From the NCBI GenBank assembly GCA_973851085.1, contig OZ316776.1, forward strand, positions 2,108,001 through 2,172,000: a DNA stretch of 64,000 bases. The letters run 5' to 3'. The first letter of the stretch is position 1; each line of letters opens with the position of its first letter. A program made the position numbers and the translations under genes. Shown piece by piece: positions 37,030-48,900 of the stretch. The stretch comes from Ptychomitrium polyphyllum. Taxonomy: Eukaryota. The notes beneath the pieces were generated by a model that was given only the letters and a program-made list of their open reading frames with translations, did not search any database and was not told the DNA's origin.

Positions 37030-39995
37030 GCAAACTAGCCATCATCTTGCCAATCATACAAGCTAGGGCCTAATCACTTCAAAGGAAGGTTCTTATCTTC
37101 TACCAAAGGTGTTAAGGCATGTGAATCTGAGACATCAAAATGCACCTTCTTTGTTACCTTGGCCTTAACAATAGGAGTGGGCATCTTATTGTTTAAGGAA
37201 TAAGCTCCATTTTGGGTTGAATTGAACTCATTAGACTGGATGCGTACCTTAATAAGGTTGTTGGAAGGTCCATATATGATATAGGGCCTATCACCTCCCC
37301 AATTAACCTTTGCGTTAGCTACTCTCAACCAAGGCCTACCTCGCAAAAGAAGAAAAGTCCTCTTATTAGAATACATTTTGATGACATGGAAGGTGAGGAG
37401 ATAATCCTCTCCCCCCGTGGTCACTCTACAATCCTTAATTTGGCCTAATGGTGCCTTAGGACTTTGATTAGCCATGTTAATCGCAAATGGTAATGGTCCT
37501 GTAATTTTTAAACCTAGTAATTCCATGGTTTGCAGAAGCATAATATTCAAGCCACTTCCACCATCTACCAAGACATTAGGTAGGAATTTGTCAACAATGG
37601 ACACTTCTATCTCCATTGGCCTAACATCTACTGGCTTGCTGGTTGTATGAACTCTTGCTACCACTTTGGTTCTAGGTTTCCTACGGCAATTAATTGACAC
37701 TTAAGCCTTGAAGAGTTTCTTAGTTAGTGGTGATAACTCTAATACTTGGACTATGGTAATGTCGACTTTTATTGTCTGTAGGTCCTTCCACACATCATAT
37801 GCAGTTGTTGGAAGTTGTACTTGATGCTTGGATTACTGTAACCCCTTTCTTTCAAGGATCCTTAAACCTTCCCAATTCCCAATTGGTGGTTCAACTATAG
37901 GTTTTTTTTCAAAGTCTCTAGTCTGGAAGGGCATATTTCCAATCATTGGTTCAAAAACTAGAGGCTCTTTGCCTTTGGTGACTCTAATGGCTTCACAAGC
38001 TACTTCCTTTAATTCAAAAAGGTGAGGCAGATAATCTGTGGTAATATTGTCATCTTCTATTGCAAATGGCAATTGGGCTGCTCTAGACCTAGTCATAACA
38101 GCTTAGGTTGGTATAATCTTGGATTGCTGCAATTTAGAAGGAGTCCAAGTGTGTATATGATCAGATTTGAATCAGGAAGGATTGGATGGAATCCTGCTAC
38201 CAAAACAGAATTTTAATTGCCTATAGCTCTTCTATTATATTGGCCTGCAAACCTTGCATCATGTGAGCCTTGCCCTAAAGGTGGTGGATTTCTAGGGCCT
38301 TGTCTAAGGTTTTGATTAGGATTGAGAAAATGGAAATCTACACTAGTTTGAAGTACCCCTGGTGGATGCTGATTCTACCTATGATTGTCATAATCATAAC
38401 AAATATTTGGAGGCCTTAAGGTGTTGTTATAGGAAGATTCTCTAATGCCTCTGCAATTGTCATAAGCATGTTGGGCATAGTTGCCTTGAAGTGGTTGCAT
38501 AGGCACTACTCTATCAGGCTACTTACATATGAATGTAGAGTGGTTGCCTCCACATCTTCCACATACTTGGCTTTCTACCCAACATTGGCCAGCTGGATGG
38601 TGCTTGCTACAGAAGGTATGGACTTCAAAGCGCTCCCTAAACTGATTATTAGCTCCTTGGTTGGCCCTCTGGAACCTTGGTTATTTTAGATTTGATCTTT
38701 AGAAGCTTTGGACTTGATGAACAAGTTGGTAATTCTGCTGGTTGTGCAATGACATATCATTGCAAAACTGAGCAATGTGCCCTGTTTGTCTATAAGCAGT
38801 ATCCCATAATCCAGAAGTATGTCGTCTAGATTCTATTGGAAGTGGAAGTGGATTGGAATTCTGGTTCCTAGCAAATCCCACCATTTAATTGGTTAAGGCT
38901 TGCAATTATTTCATGATATCATCTATGTATCCTTGCTGATTAGCTTGCAATTCTTGCTTTATGGCTTCTAACTTTGTATCTTTTACAGGCAAAAGCAAAG
39001 CATGGATTAAAGGAGGTGGCCTCATTGCCAAGGATGTTGGATAAAATTCCTCTATACTATTTATTGGAACGGCTTGGCTAGGCAAAAAGGCTAGCATTAA
39101 AGGGCTAGGCTTTTCATCCTTAGGCCAAATAGGGATGAAAGGAGGGATGGATTCATCTGCCTTCTTCCATAGTCTTTTGTACTCCTTTTTGTATTCCTTC
39201 CACATCCCTAGCAGCTTGTTTTGCTAAGTCTAAAGTTGGAGGGTGCCTATCTAGAATTCCCCTAATGATAGAGCTTTTGCAAAATCCTTGGATGAAGAAT
39301 TATCTCAACGTGTCATCGTTGAACATTCTCCCTACAAATCTGGTGCAGACTAGTTCAAACCGTTGAATATTGGATGAGATGTCTTCATCTCTTCCTTGCC
39401 TTACTGTGGCTAACGCCCTCAATGCAGTACTTTGCCCTACTTTGGAAGCAAATCAAGTTAAAAAGTCTCTCTGGGGTCTGTCCTAAGTGGTGAAGATCCC
39501 TTTTGGCTGATTGCGATACCAATTATATGCTTCATTATGCAATGTGGTAGGAAACTAGACCAAGTGTAGCCTTGGTCCATTACTAGACAACTAGATAAGG
39601 TTTCTATGTAACGTTCTATATGATGTGATGGGTCCTCAATTTTAGTTCTATAAAACTTTGGAAAATTGGAAGGCATACTAGTTGCCTCCAATCCAGCTGG
39701 AACCACTATATATAAGTCTCTTGACTTAACCAAGGGGTTTATGGAAGGAGCTATTGGAGCGGCCATTCCATTAGGTCCTGATGCACTAAATTGAGAAGTT
39801 CCTTGACTATCAACTTCTAGAGGTTGATGCACTAAATTGAGAAATTCCTTGATTATCAACTTCTAGAAGCTGAATTGATGGATTATAGCTAATTCTAGTT
39901 CCAGTAGTTGCTATCGCTCATGGAGTGTGAAGCCTATCAATGTCATCTAAATAAGGTGTTAACCTTGGTCTCAATGAGCGTGTTCTTGGTGGCAT
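37030..39995 (-). pseudogene. gag-protease of the nested element (multiple stops/frameshifts)
   Basis: ATG 39995 (MPPRTRS), FPKFYRTKIEDPSHHIERY (gag), degenerate zinc knuckles near 38780-38810 and 38530-38570, VLVDGGSGLNIM...LLRGRPWL (aspartic protease). Confidence 0.8.
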
Positions 39996-40888
39996 CTAAG
40001 TCTAGGTAGAATTCAAATCTAAAAGGGGTGATTAACCCTACCATTGGACCCTAATGATCCATCTAACAAAATTCACCATATCACTTAGTGTTGCAATACT
40101 TATTGATGGAATTTTATGGAGTTTATTTAACCAGGTATTTACACACATTTAAATTTGCACACTTCCCCTTATGGGCAAGAAACGACAGGAAAACATTAAT
40201 TGAGGAATTACTTGGATGTATATTACCTTGTTCCCTTTCATACCAAATTAATGCCACACAAAATGCCTTGGAGTAGGAATGACCTTCCTTTGCTCCCTAA
40301 AGTACAAAAGGAGGAATTACCTCCTATCAAAAGAATAACAGAGAGTAACTGGACAAAATCCATTTTTTTAAAATATATTATTAACACCAAGAAAGAAATG
40401 CACCTTATTGCATTGCCAGCCAATTTGTCACAATTAGCAAATTCCAACCTTAACGTCCTATCAAATTTAATCTAACACAATTCTAATTATTTTAACACAG
40501 TTAAAGAATCTAGACCTTACGTCTTATCAAGTTTTAATCTAATATATTCCTAGCTTTAATCTTAACACTACTAAACATTCATCATTCACACATGGCAATC
40601 ATCCATTCATCCATCATTCATTTTCTAACTAGAAGATTATAATGTTCGATGGCAAGGCATATATGCATACCTACGCAAGCATCCACATCCATTAAATATT
40701 GCATACCAAGCATAATATAATCAAGTCTAACAATGGATACATATTCATATAACATAAAAATTGCTTTCAAAGAGGTTGGTACTTACCTTAAGCCACGCTC
40801 CAACTCCTCACATCCTCCTTCTTCATATTTTTTTTTTTTGGTTTTTTTTTTTATTACCTTCTATTACGATCCTAAAGACCAAAACATG

Positions 40889-40907
40889 CTCCTGGCACAC
40901 GCAACCA
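40889..40907 (-). promoter_or_regulatory. primer-binding site resembling the 3' end of tRNA-Gly
   Basis: Minus strand TGGTTGCGTGTGCCAGGAG, 3 nt after the LTR end ...GTTCACA. Compare TGGTGCGTCTGCCGGGAG, the expected tRNA-Gly(TCC) complement as recalled. Confidence 0.6.
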
Positions 40908-40910
40908 AAA

Positions 40911-41643
40911 TGTGAACTAAAACAAGCTCCGACTAATTTGAAGACTCACTATATTCACACATTCCTAATGTCATGTAATATTATAATTTGTATTGTAGTA
41001 TAAGATTTCATATGCCTAATTTGTATTGTAAGTTATGTGAAGCCAAAATTGACTTCGACCTAACCCTAATCCTAACCCTAATGGATGAACTTGGATGAAC
41101 TTGGATGAACTTATATTAAGGTTTTTATCATCCAAGGTTTAAAAGATAAAATAATAGAAGTAGAAATAAAAGTCAAATAGCAAAAAGACATAATATTCAT
41201 CTAGAGGCAAAAGAATTAAAAAATAGAAGTAATTAAAGTTAAATTTTATGGTAAAGTAAGTGAGGAAGGAGTTCACTCAAGGAACAAGTTCCTGCAATAA
41301 AAACAAAGGAAAAAAAAACAACCCAAGGTTGCTCCAATCAAGGCAACAAGCCCCTTCACAAAATAGGCCGTGGTTTCTTTGTCTTTAATCCAATTCTTTC
41401 GTGCTTCTAGTTTTTGAAAAGCTAACTTAAGGAACTAACAACCACAAAAATCTCAGCTTTAAGCTCGTTGTAGTTCGTTCAGAATTGTCGTTCAAAGTTG
41501 GTCTTCTAAATTGGGAGGAGGCAGCAGACCCCTGCTACCAAATTGGCCGCCATTTCTTCCATACCTCTTCAAATTGAGCATTCTTTGGCTTGTTGGAAAG
41601 CCTATAATCCCTTCTACAAATCCTTTAATTTATAGGTTCTACA
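40911..41643 (-). repeat. truncated 5' LTR of the nested element
   Basis: Homology to 33831-34572 stops abruptly at GGTTCTACA (41643), where host element sequence resumes. Confidence 0.8.
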
Positions 41644-43792
41644 AGGACCCTCGCCTCTTCTGCAGATAAACAAAATGCTATAGCTGATTTAAAGGCATGC
41701 TTAGGTGCTATTAACTTTGAAGAAGTTGAATTCTTTATCTTATTATCTTTGATCTAGCTATTGGCTCTTGCCAGCCTAGGTGCTAATCGCATGGTGCTTC
41801 TGTCCGTTCCATTGTTAAATTCCACCGCTAGAATAGCTACCTTCTACTTAATACAACGATCATGATAATAGGAAAAATTGAACATGACCTCCTGTCGGAA
41901 CCAACAAATCATTGGATCGTGGCAAATTAACTAGGAATTATCCAATATGCATGCATATCGTCTAATGTTGGTAAAATTTACTACCAAGGTTTCTTGATGG
42001 TCCTCGACAATGAGCTCCACCTAAGCCTAGTGCATGATGAGGTCCAAATTGATTATCCTTCCGTCAATTACCCATATCCCAATACTTGCCTTGGTGCTAG
42101 TATTCAAGTTTCTCCGATGCTGTTTTTGCCAATGCTAGAGTTCCACAAACCGCCCCAAGTTCCACAAACCGCCCCAAGTTCTATGGGAATTAGGTCCAAA
42201 GGTCCAGAACTTGCATGAACTTGCCTAATTGAATCTCAAAAATTAACGATTGGGACCTTCATGTTGGTGGACTCCGATGGCAAGCAACAAGCCTGCTGTC
42301 GGCACCAAATCCGTTCATCGATCCGGAAAGTCATTGCCATCCACTTGTGCAGCCGGCGCGGTTTGATTTCAGCGATGACCACAGGATCTAATATATTGTC
42401 CTTAAGCTCCTCACGAAATCGCGCCATCAGGCTAGACTCATTCCAATCAACCTAAGCTGCGTACTCATTGAATGTTGAAATATAAGTTGCCACCAAGCCT
42501 GTTTGCCGAAGTCTTTTGCGGCAATCTGCAGCTCCTTATAGCATCTGAAAGCTTCTTGGTTCCATTTCCAATTTTCCTAGTCCAATGTGGACTCACCGTT
42601 TGCACTTGCTTCGAACCTCAACTTCAACCTCAACCAAAATTCAATCACTCAAAACTCCAATGAATGCACTCCAGTAACTTCAACGATATGCAAAATATAC
42701 ACTCCAAGAAAAACACTTGCAAATTCTCTTGCAAAAAGAATTCTTTGAATTTTTATTCTTCAATTGCATACACTACCCCTCAGCAAGCAGCCAGTCTCAA
42801 TCTGGTGTCTATCTCAGGTGGTTTCTGCTTACAAATCTCTCCCTAACTCAACGAGCCAGCTGATTGTCAAACCCATTTCTCTCACGCAATCATCTCTCCC
42901 CACTGTAATTGCCGCACCTGGTTCCATCCTTCCGCACCTCCTACAGCACCAGCTTTGTACTGACCACCTTAACCGTCAACGTATGGCCGGAAGTCCCTGG
43001 TCGCAATTGATCCACCCTCACAATCACCAGCTTCCAAGGGCTAGGCTTTGTTGTCGCCATAACTGCAACCGCTTACATTGCTCTCAAAATAACCAAACCA
43101 ATTCAATCCCCCTGATTGAATTTTTTTTACATGAACTCCAACACATTCAACATTTCAACAACAGATTCAATCGCTCACTTCAGCCTCCCGTTAACCTGAA
43201 ATCTTAAATTCTAAACTTACCAACTCACATGCCAACCATGGTGGCCAACAAATGCAACTATTTTGGTCCCGGAATCCAAAACCCATAGGAACTACTTAGA
43301 CACCAATAAGCCATGAACTCAAAAAACCCTCCAGAAGCCTAGCTGAGATCATGAATCACAAATGGAGCATAGACTAATTAAATATGCGATATTATGTCAT
43401 GGATTGAAAATGGCACTAAGTCTAGACTCATGACAACCATTGTTACAATACGTAGATTACATCAAACTTAGTATTCTATATTAACAAAATATTGTATGAG
43501 GGATAGATTCTCTCACACAACTCTTTAATGTGCAAGATGGCTAAGCCCTCTTTCTATAACCGTTGTAACTGCCAATGCTAGTAACCGTTTAAGCCAGTTG
43601 TTACAACTTAGTTTGTAATACATACTATTTATTGATTCAAGATTCTAATATTTAAATAATGATGAAAATATTTGTTAATAGCAAAGATTCTAATGGACTT
43701 TTACAAACATGGTTCAAAAACATGTTCTTCTTGCAAAAAAAAGGAATAATAATTTTATATCAATTAATGTACATGAACTCAATTAATGTACA

Positions 43793-44836
43793 TGTGAGCA
43801 TAGTAGCTAAAATATAGGAAAGTAGCTAAATTAAAAATAGTAGTTTAAATTTTAAAAAAGTAACTACATTTAGAGGAAGTTATGGCAAGAACTAAAGTTA
43901 AAGGGCCTAGGAAATTTCAGCACTTAAAGAAATTGGTAGTTAGAGAAGAAAAGCCCTACAAAAAGAGGAAAAGAAGGTAGTATATGGGAGAACTTTTTAA
44001 ACAATGGAAGAGTTTAGGTATTTAGCAATTAGGAAATTTTCCAAAATAAGGAATTTAAAATTTATTTTTAGCAGCAAAGGAGTTGCGAAGGTACCAAAGA
44101 AAACGGAGGGTAACGGATCAGTAGGAATAAGAGAGTAGCAAAAGAAGATTGGGCAGAGTTGAGGTAATTGGAATAGTATGGAATTTGTTGGAGCAACTGG
44201 ATATGAGATTTTGGCAATTTAGTAGAAGAAAGGTAGGCATTGCAGCTGGAAAGCCACTTCAGTGGAAAAGGTGGTTGCTCGTATACATCAGCAAGGATTA
44301 ACTGAATAAGAGGTAATTAGGGAATTAGTAGGCTAAATTTGGGTCCAGTTAGAATTAGGAAGGGCAGTTGGAACTAGAAGGAGAAGGCAGAGCATTACAA
44401 GAAGGGAATTTAGAGGTTGAGACAGTTCAGTTAAGGAAGAACTTGGTGCCGAATCCACTGCAATCAAGAGGGCAATTCGGATTAAAGCAAGATTGGCCGG
44501 ACCACGGCTTTTACAAGTGCGTGCGCATGTGGCTAAATTAGCACCAATGGCGACGAAAGGCGGACATGCTAGAGTGAAGGGAGAGCAAGGACCGAAGGCA
44601 GTTTTGTGTAGCGGGGCGCAAAGCCTCGACGCTGATGTGGCGCAGTGCCGAGGACTAGAGGACAACACTTGCACGGTTCTAGTGACGAAACGGTAGCAGA
44701 TGTGAAGCCGGCAGCGGAAGGCGCAGATCCAGCCCCAACGATAGCAGCCCACGGCGAATGCGCTAGTGACCCATCCAGCTAGGACTCCACTGGTGGCTTC
44801 CAGATAGTAAAGTAGCAGCTAAGACTAGTTCTTAAC
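43793..44836 (+). mobile_element. solo-LTR-like relic related to the nested element's LTR, in the opposite orientation
   Basis: Starts TGTGAGCA. Shares CTACATTTAG, GAAATTT.AGCA, CCCTA.AAAAAG..G.AGAAGG and GATTAAAG...ACCACGGC blocks with the reverse complement of 33831-35591. Right end uncertain; no TSD found. Confidence 0.45.
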
Positions 44837-44939
44837 AATCTATACCATGAGAGGCATGTTGAAGGTAAATTAATTTTACAAATAATAGTGTTGTTTGTTA
44901 AGTAGAATTTCTTCATCTTATGAACTTAGTGTTTTTTTC

Positions 44940-45990
44940 TTCCAAAAATGAATTCCTTTAAAACTATGACATATGTATGAAAACATTCCTAATTTGGAGA
45001 TTTAGGTATGATTTGAAGAGTTTTGGATACTTGGGATAAATCAAGGACTGACTTGGAAAATTTGACTAGCTTTGAAGAGGTCCAAAGTTCAAAGGTCCTA
45101 GATCAATTCTCAACATTGCAACAGCTTGCCTTTGATTCATCAAAAGGCAAAGTGAACACCTTCCAAAAACACGTTTTTTATTCCTTGTGACAAAAACAAG
45201 TTTCAAAATGCCTTATACAAAACTTCTCTACCTGGGAAGACTTGACGGATAACTATAATGCAATACCCTTATTCACTGTAGTGCTATTTGTACTATTAAT
45301 AATTATGAGCTGATTTCACTTGGATTTGTCTTAGTCAACGGAAACTATGGGTTCTGGAGTGTGTACCCATGGATGTTCTGTGTACATCTAAAATAATTGA
45401 TGAAGGTCTAGCTACTTCATAAGCTGAGTTCCCACACTCTTTATGATACAGAGCTAACTTTTCATGGTACATCAGCACAAGGGAAACATTTCTGTTGCAA
45501 AGAGGTTTAAGTTGATCGCAGGTAGAAAATTTATCCTCTGTGATTCTAACAGTTTAGAAATACTTATTCAATTTAATATCAGTAACCATAGTTACTAATA
45601 TTAAGCTGAATAGTACTATGTAATGCTTATCCCAATTCAGCACTACAAAATATTTATTATATGGATGCAATATAGTTATCTGTTATGTTAAGTCCTCTCA
45701 AAGAGGAAAATTTTGTTAAGCATAATTTGAAACTCATTTTTGTCACAAAAATTTATAAATGTCTTTTAGAGTGTGTTTTGATGTACCAATGACAAGCTTT
45801 TGCAATATTGGGGTTTGACTTGGGAACCTCAAAATTCGGAACACTCCAAAGTTGGCTACACTCCCCTAAGTCAATCCTTTTGTTCATTTTAAATATCCAA
45901 AATTCCTTTAATTTTTCCCCCCAAGTTGAAATTGCTTTAATGCTTGTATTATAGATTGCAAAAGACTCTTATTTAAAAGCTTACAAACAA
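44940..45990. repeat. inverted pair of ~300-bp repeats (about 44940-45250 and 45685-45990) around a ~440-bp spacer
   Basis: TTGTGACAAAAACAAGTTTCAAAAT (left) versus ATTTGAAACTCATTTTTGTCACAA (right), plus further blocks along both arms. Confidence 0.6.
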
Positions 45991-48900
45991 GCTTTTATAT
46001 AAGAAGTCATTAAAAATCAAAGAGATATGTTGGACATTTAATTTCTCAAATATCTTCTTACAAGTATTACTTTAAAAGCATACTCTTTTTGAAAAGTTGT
46101 GTGATTTTAGAAAGATTTGCATTAGTTTTATAAAATAATTATGCAACTCTTTTTTTAATGTAAATAGCTAATTTTATTATACAAATATTTTAAACAAAAA
46201 GTAGTTCTAAACATGATATAAACATCATTAAACTGAATTCCATGCATAGTGAACTTTTCAAACTACAACATGTTAAAAAATCATATCCTTCACATTTTCC
46301 AATGTTAATTAAGACAACTCACAAGAAATGTGACTACTTTTAACAATGAAGTTCTGTACAACTTTAATAGCATACTTTGGCATTTTTTAGTGTATGTGTT
46401 ATTCCTTTTTAAAAAATTTGTTAACTTTAAAACATACTTTTCCAAAAATTTGCAGTAGCAAAAGAAAACAATCTATCTGTAACATACCTACTGTAAACTA
46501 GTTTTGATATTATAAATTTTTGTGCAGATTTCTGAACAAAAATACTTAACGCATACAATCTTAATCAAGTTCTTACATTGGATCAAATTTTATAAAACAA
46601 CTACGTCACCAAGATATGAATAAAGATTCATCACATTTTATAACTGAATGAGGTTGTTTGATAAATTTGAAAAGTGTAGTTAAAAAGAAGGTGATAATAC
46701 TTTTTCAAAAAGATTTCTATTGCAATCATAATAAATACAATAGTTGCATGTGATTCATGAACCAAAAAATTAACAAAAAATGTGGATAGAACACAATATT
46801 TAACAAATGCCCAAAATACATTTACATGTGATATTGGGCAATTTTAAGAAAGTTTGAAAATTTGTACAAGAGATTTTCAAGATTATCTAATAATCATTCT
46901 TTTGCAATATTGAATAATTTTTAAAATTATAGTCTTTTAAAAAGGCACTTAATTAATGTACATGTCATTAAAGCTTATAAAGAAGTGTCTCATTTGAAGT
47001 TATTTTTTGAACCTTTTAAACAATTAAAAGTATTTTAGTAAATTAAATGAAGTAACTTCTATCTTTTGTGGAAAAATAAAAGTGAAATCTAAATATAATC
47101 ATGTAGTAGGTAAAATTAAAATATTAGACAACAATACATCAATCTCATTTAACTATGGCTTTCAATTAACATTGCTTTAGCAATAATTTTTATTTTTAGA
47201 AGATGATATTTAAATTTCTCATTGAAGAATATTGTTTCACTTGAAAAAAACTCTAGTTACAAAGTACTCAAATCTGATTATTAATCTTAAAAGATCATTG
47301 CATATGAGTTATATTCAAATTTGTTTTTCTTTAAAGATGCACATACATAAGAATAATCAATTTTCAAATTCCCCCCCCCCTCCCTTTTTGTAATCAATTC
47401 AAATCATAAATCTTCTCCATAAAATTTTAAGTGAAGCAAATTTGTTATATATTATTATTTTATTCATAGATAAACTTGCTAATATTACAAAATTGTTGTC
47501 TAATTTTTTTCCATATAAAGTAATACTAACCATATTTATCTTATTTTGAAATAAATCAATTCATAAACAATGAAGTTTCAATCCTATTAAAGAATGGAAA
47601 TATGAAAAGAAAATTAAAATTATCATTCCAAAAATATCTTCAAAACCAATGATGCAATCAAAATTGGATTCCACAAAAGATTACACATAAATCTTAAGAG
47701 TAAAAGCTTTTTGAAGATTGCAAATTAAACTAATGTGTAAATCTCCAAAAAAAAATATGTGCTTATATAAAAAAAAAATTGGTTCAAAACTATAAAGGTA
47801 TCAATTGAAATATTTAAATCAAGTAAAGTGTATTTAAAGAAATTTTCCACCTTGAGTGTTTATACTTTCTAATTAATTAAATTATTATTAGAGTTTTAAA
47901 TTTTGATTTTTTATTTATAACTAAATTTTGAATAACTAATCCAAAAAAATAAGTTAAAAGTATTAATAATGGTTATAGTAGATTTAATCATATATATATA
48001 TGATCTATATATCAATATCTATTGTTTTGTTTTGTACATTATTACAACTTCATATTAGTGAATCATTAACCTTTTAAAATTCTTCTTTAGAAAACACTCC
48101 TTTTCTTGACTTTAAAGAGTTTAAGGAATCAATACCCATGGCCCCAATATTATTACTAGTTTCATTTCTTTTCTTTTAACAGGTATGTACATTTAAAGTT
48201 AAGGTAATGCCATGATCACATAACTCAGCCAATGATTTATGCTCCTTGAGACTTCAGAGGGGTCCACATTAGGAGCTGTGACATATTGAGACTTTTGCTG
48301 TTACTTTGTCCATACTGTTCACCAATTTCAGCATCAAAGAAGCATGGCACTCTTGAATCAACTTGCGTTGCACTTGATGTTGAACAACGTATGCACAAAT
48401 TCTTGTTTTATGCAGTAGCAGCCTGCAGCCTGTGGAGTAATAATCAGAAAGGAGCTCCTGGGTCAAGATGACTGAGGGGCTTACCACACAAGTTGAAACT
48501 ACTGGGAACAAATACTTGGAAGTCCACAAAACGGGGAGAAAAATATGAAAAAATGAAAGTAAAATATCAAGGAGAAAAATAGTAAAATTCTGTGTGCGGG
48601 TGGCCGTAAACCAAATTTACTGGTTGGCCTTCTACTCTACTAAAAGTTCAGCAATTGAGTCCTGTGCCGCATGTCATCTGCGCCTAGCCCACAAAATGGG
48701 CAACCAACAATCTTTAATATTAATCTGTTTGTACCTTGTAATTCTCCCTTTCAATTTCTTAGGTTATTCTGTGCCTCCAATTGCTTTTCTCATCACTTTT
48801 CCTGTGGGACCCTTACCTACAACTCAGTGAGTACTGTCACTGACCTGCTAGGTAGAGAACATGTGCAATAGTTGAAATTTCAAAACAGTCTGCTTCAGTG

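Larger units (their letters stand above)
33831..41643 (-). mobile_element. nested LTR element encoding gag-protease plus an unknown ORF and no RT/RH/INT (TR-GAG-like); 5' LTR truncated
   Basis: 33831-34572 is a direct repeat of 40911-41643. The complete LTR 33831-35591 has 10-bp inverted ends TGTGAGCTAA/TTAGTTCACA and a minus-strand TATAAAAA at 35002-35009. Confidence 0.8.
32416..43620 (-). mobile_element. decayed Ty3/gypsy chromovirus with short LTRs (about 43395-43620 and 32416-32555); RT/RNaseH missing; contains a nested element
   Basis: LTR pair GTGCAAGATGGC..GTTAC.ACTTAGTTTGTAA. PPT AAGAGGGGGGTAA at 32556-32568. Gag remnant near 42230-42540 (WNESSLMARFREELKD) and protease C-terminus near 41870-42060. 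Confidence 0.82.

Noticed and set aside
42764..43207. 147-aa plus-strand ORF
   Set aside because: Antisense to a retroelement leader; low complexity and no domain.
48269..48529. ORF with integrase-like RKLIQECHAS
   Set aside because: The similarity is too short and no flanking pol motifs are present.
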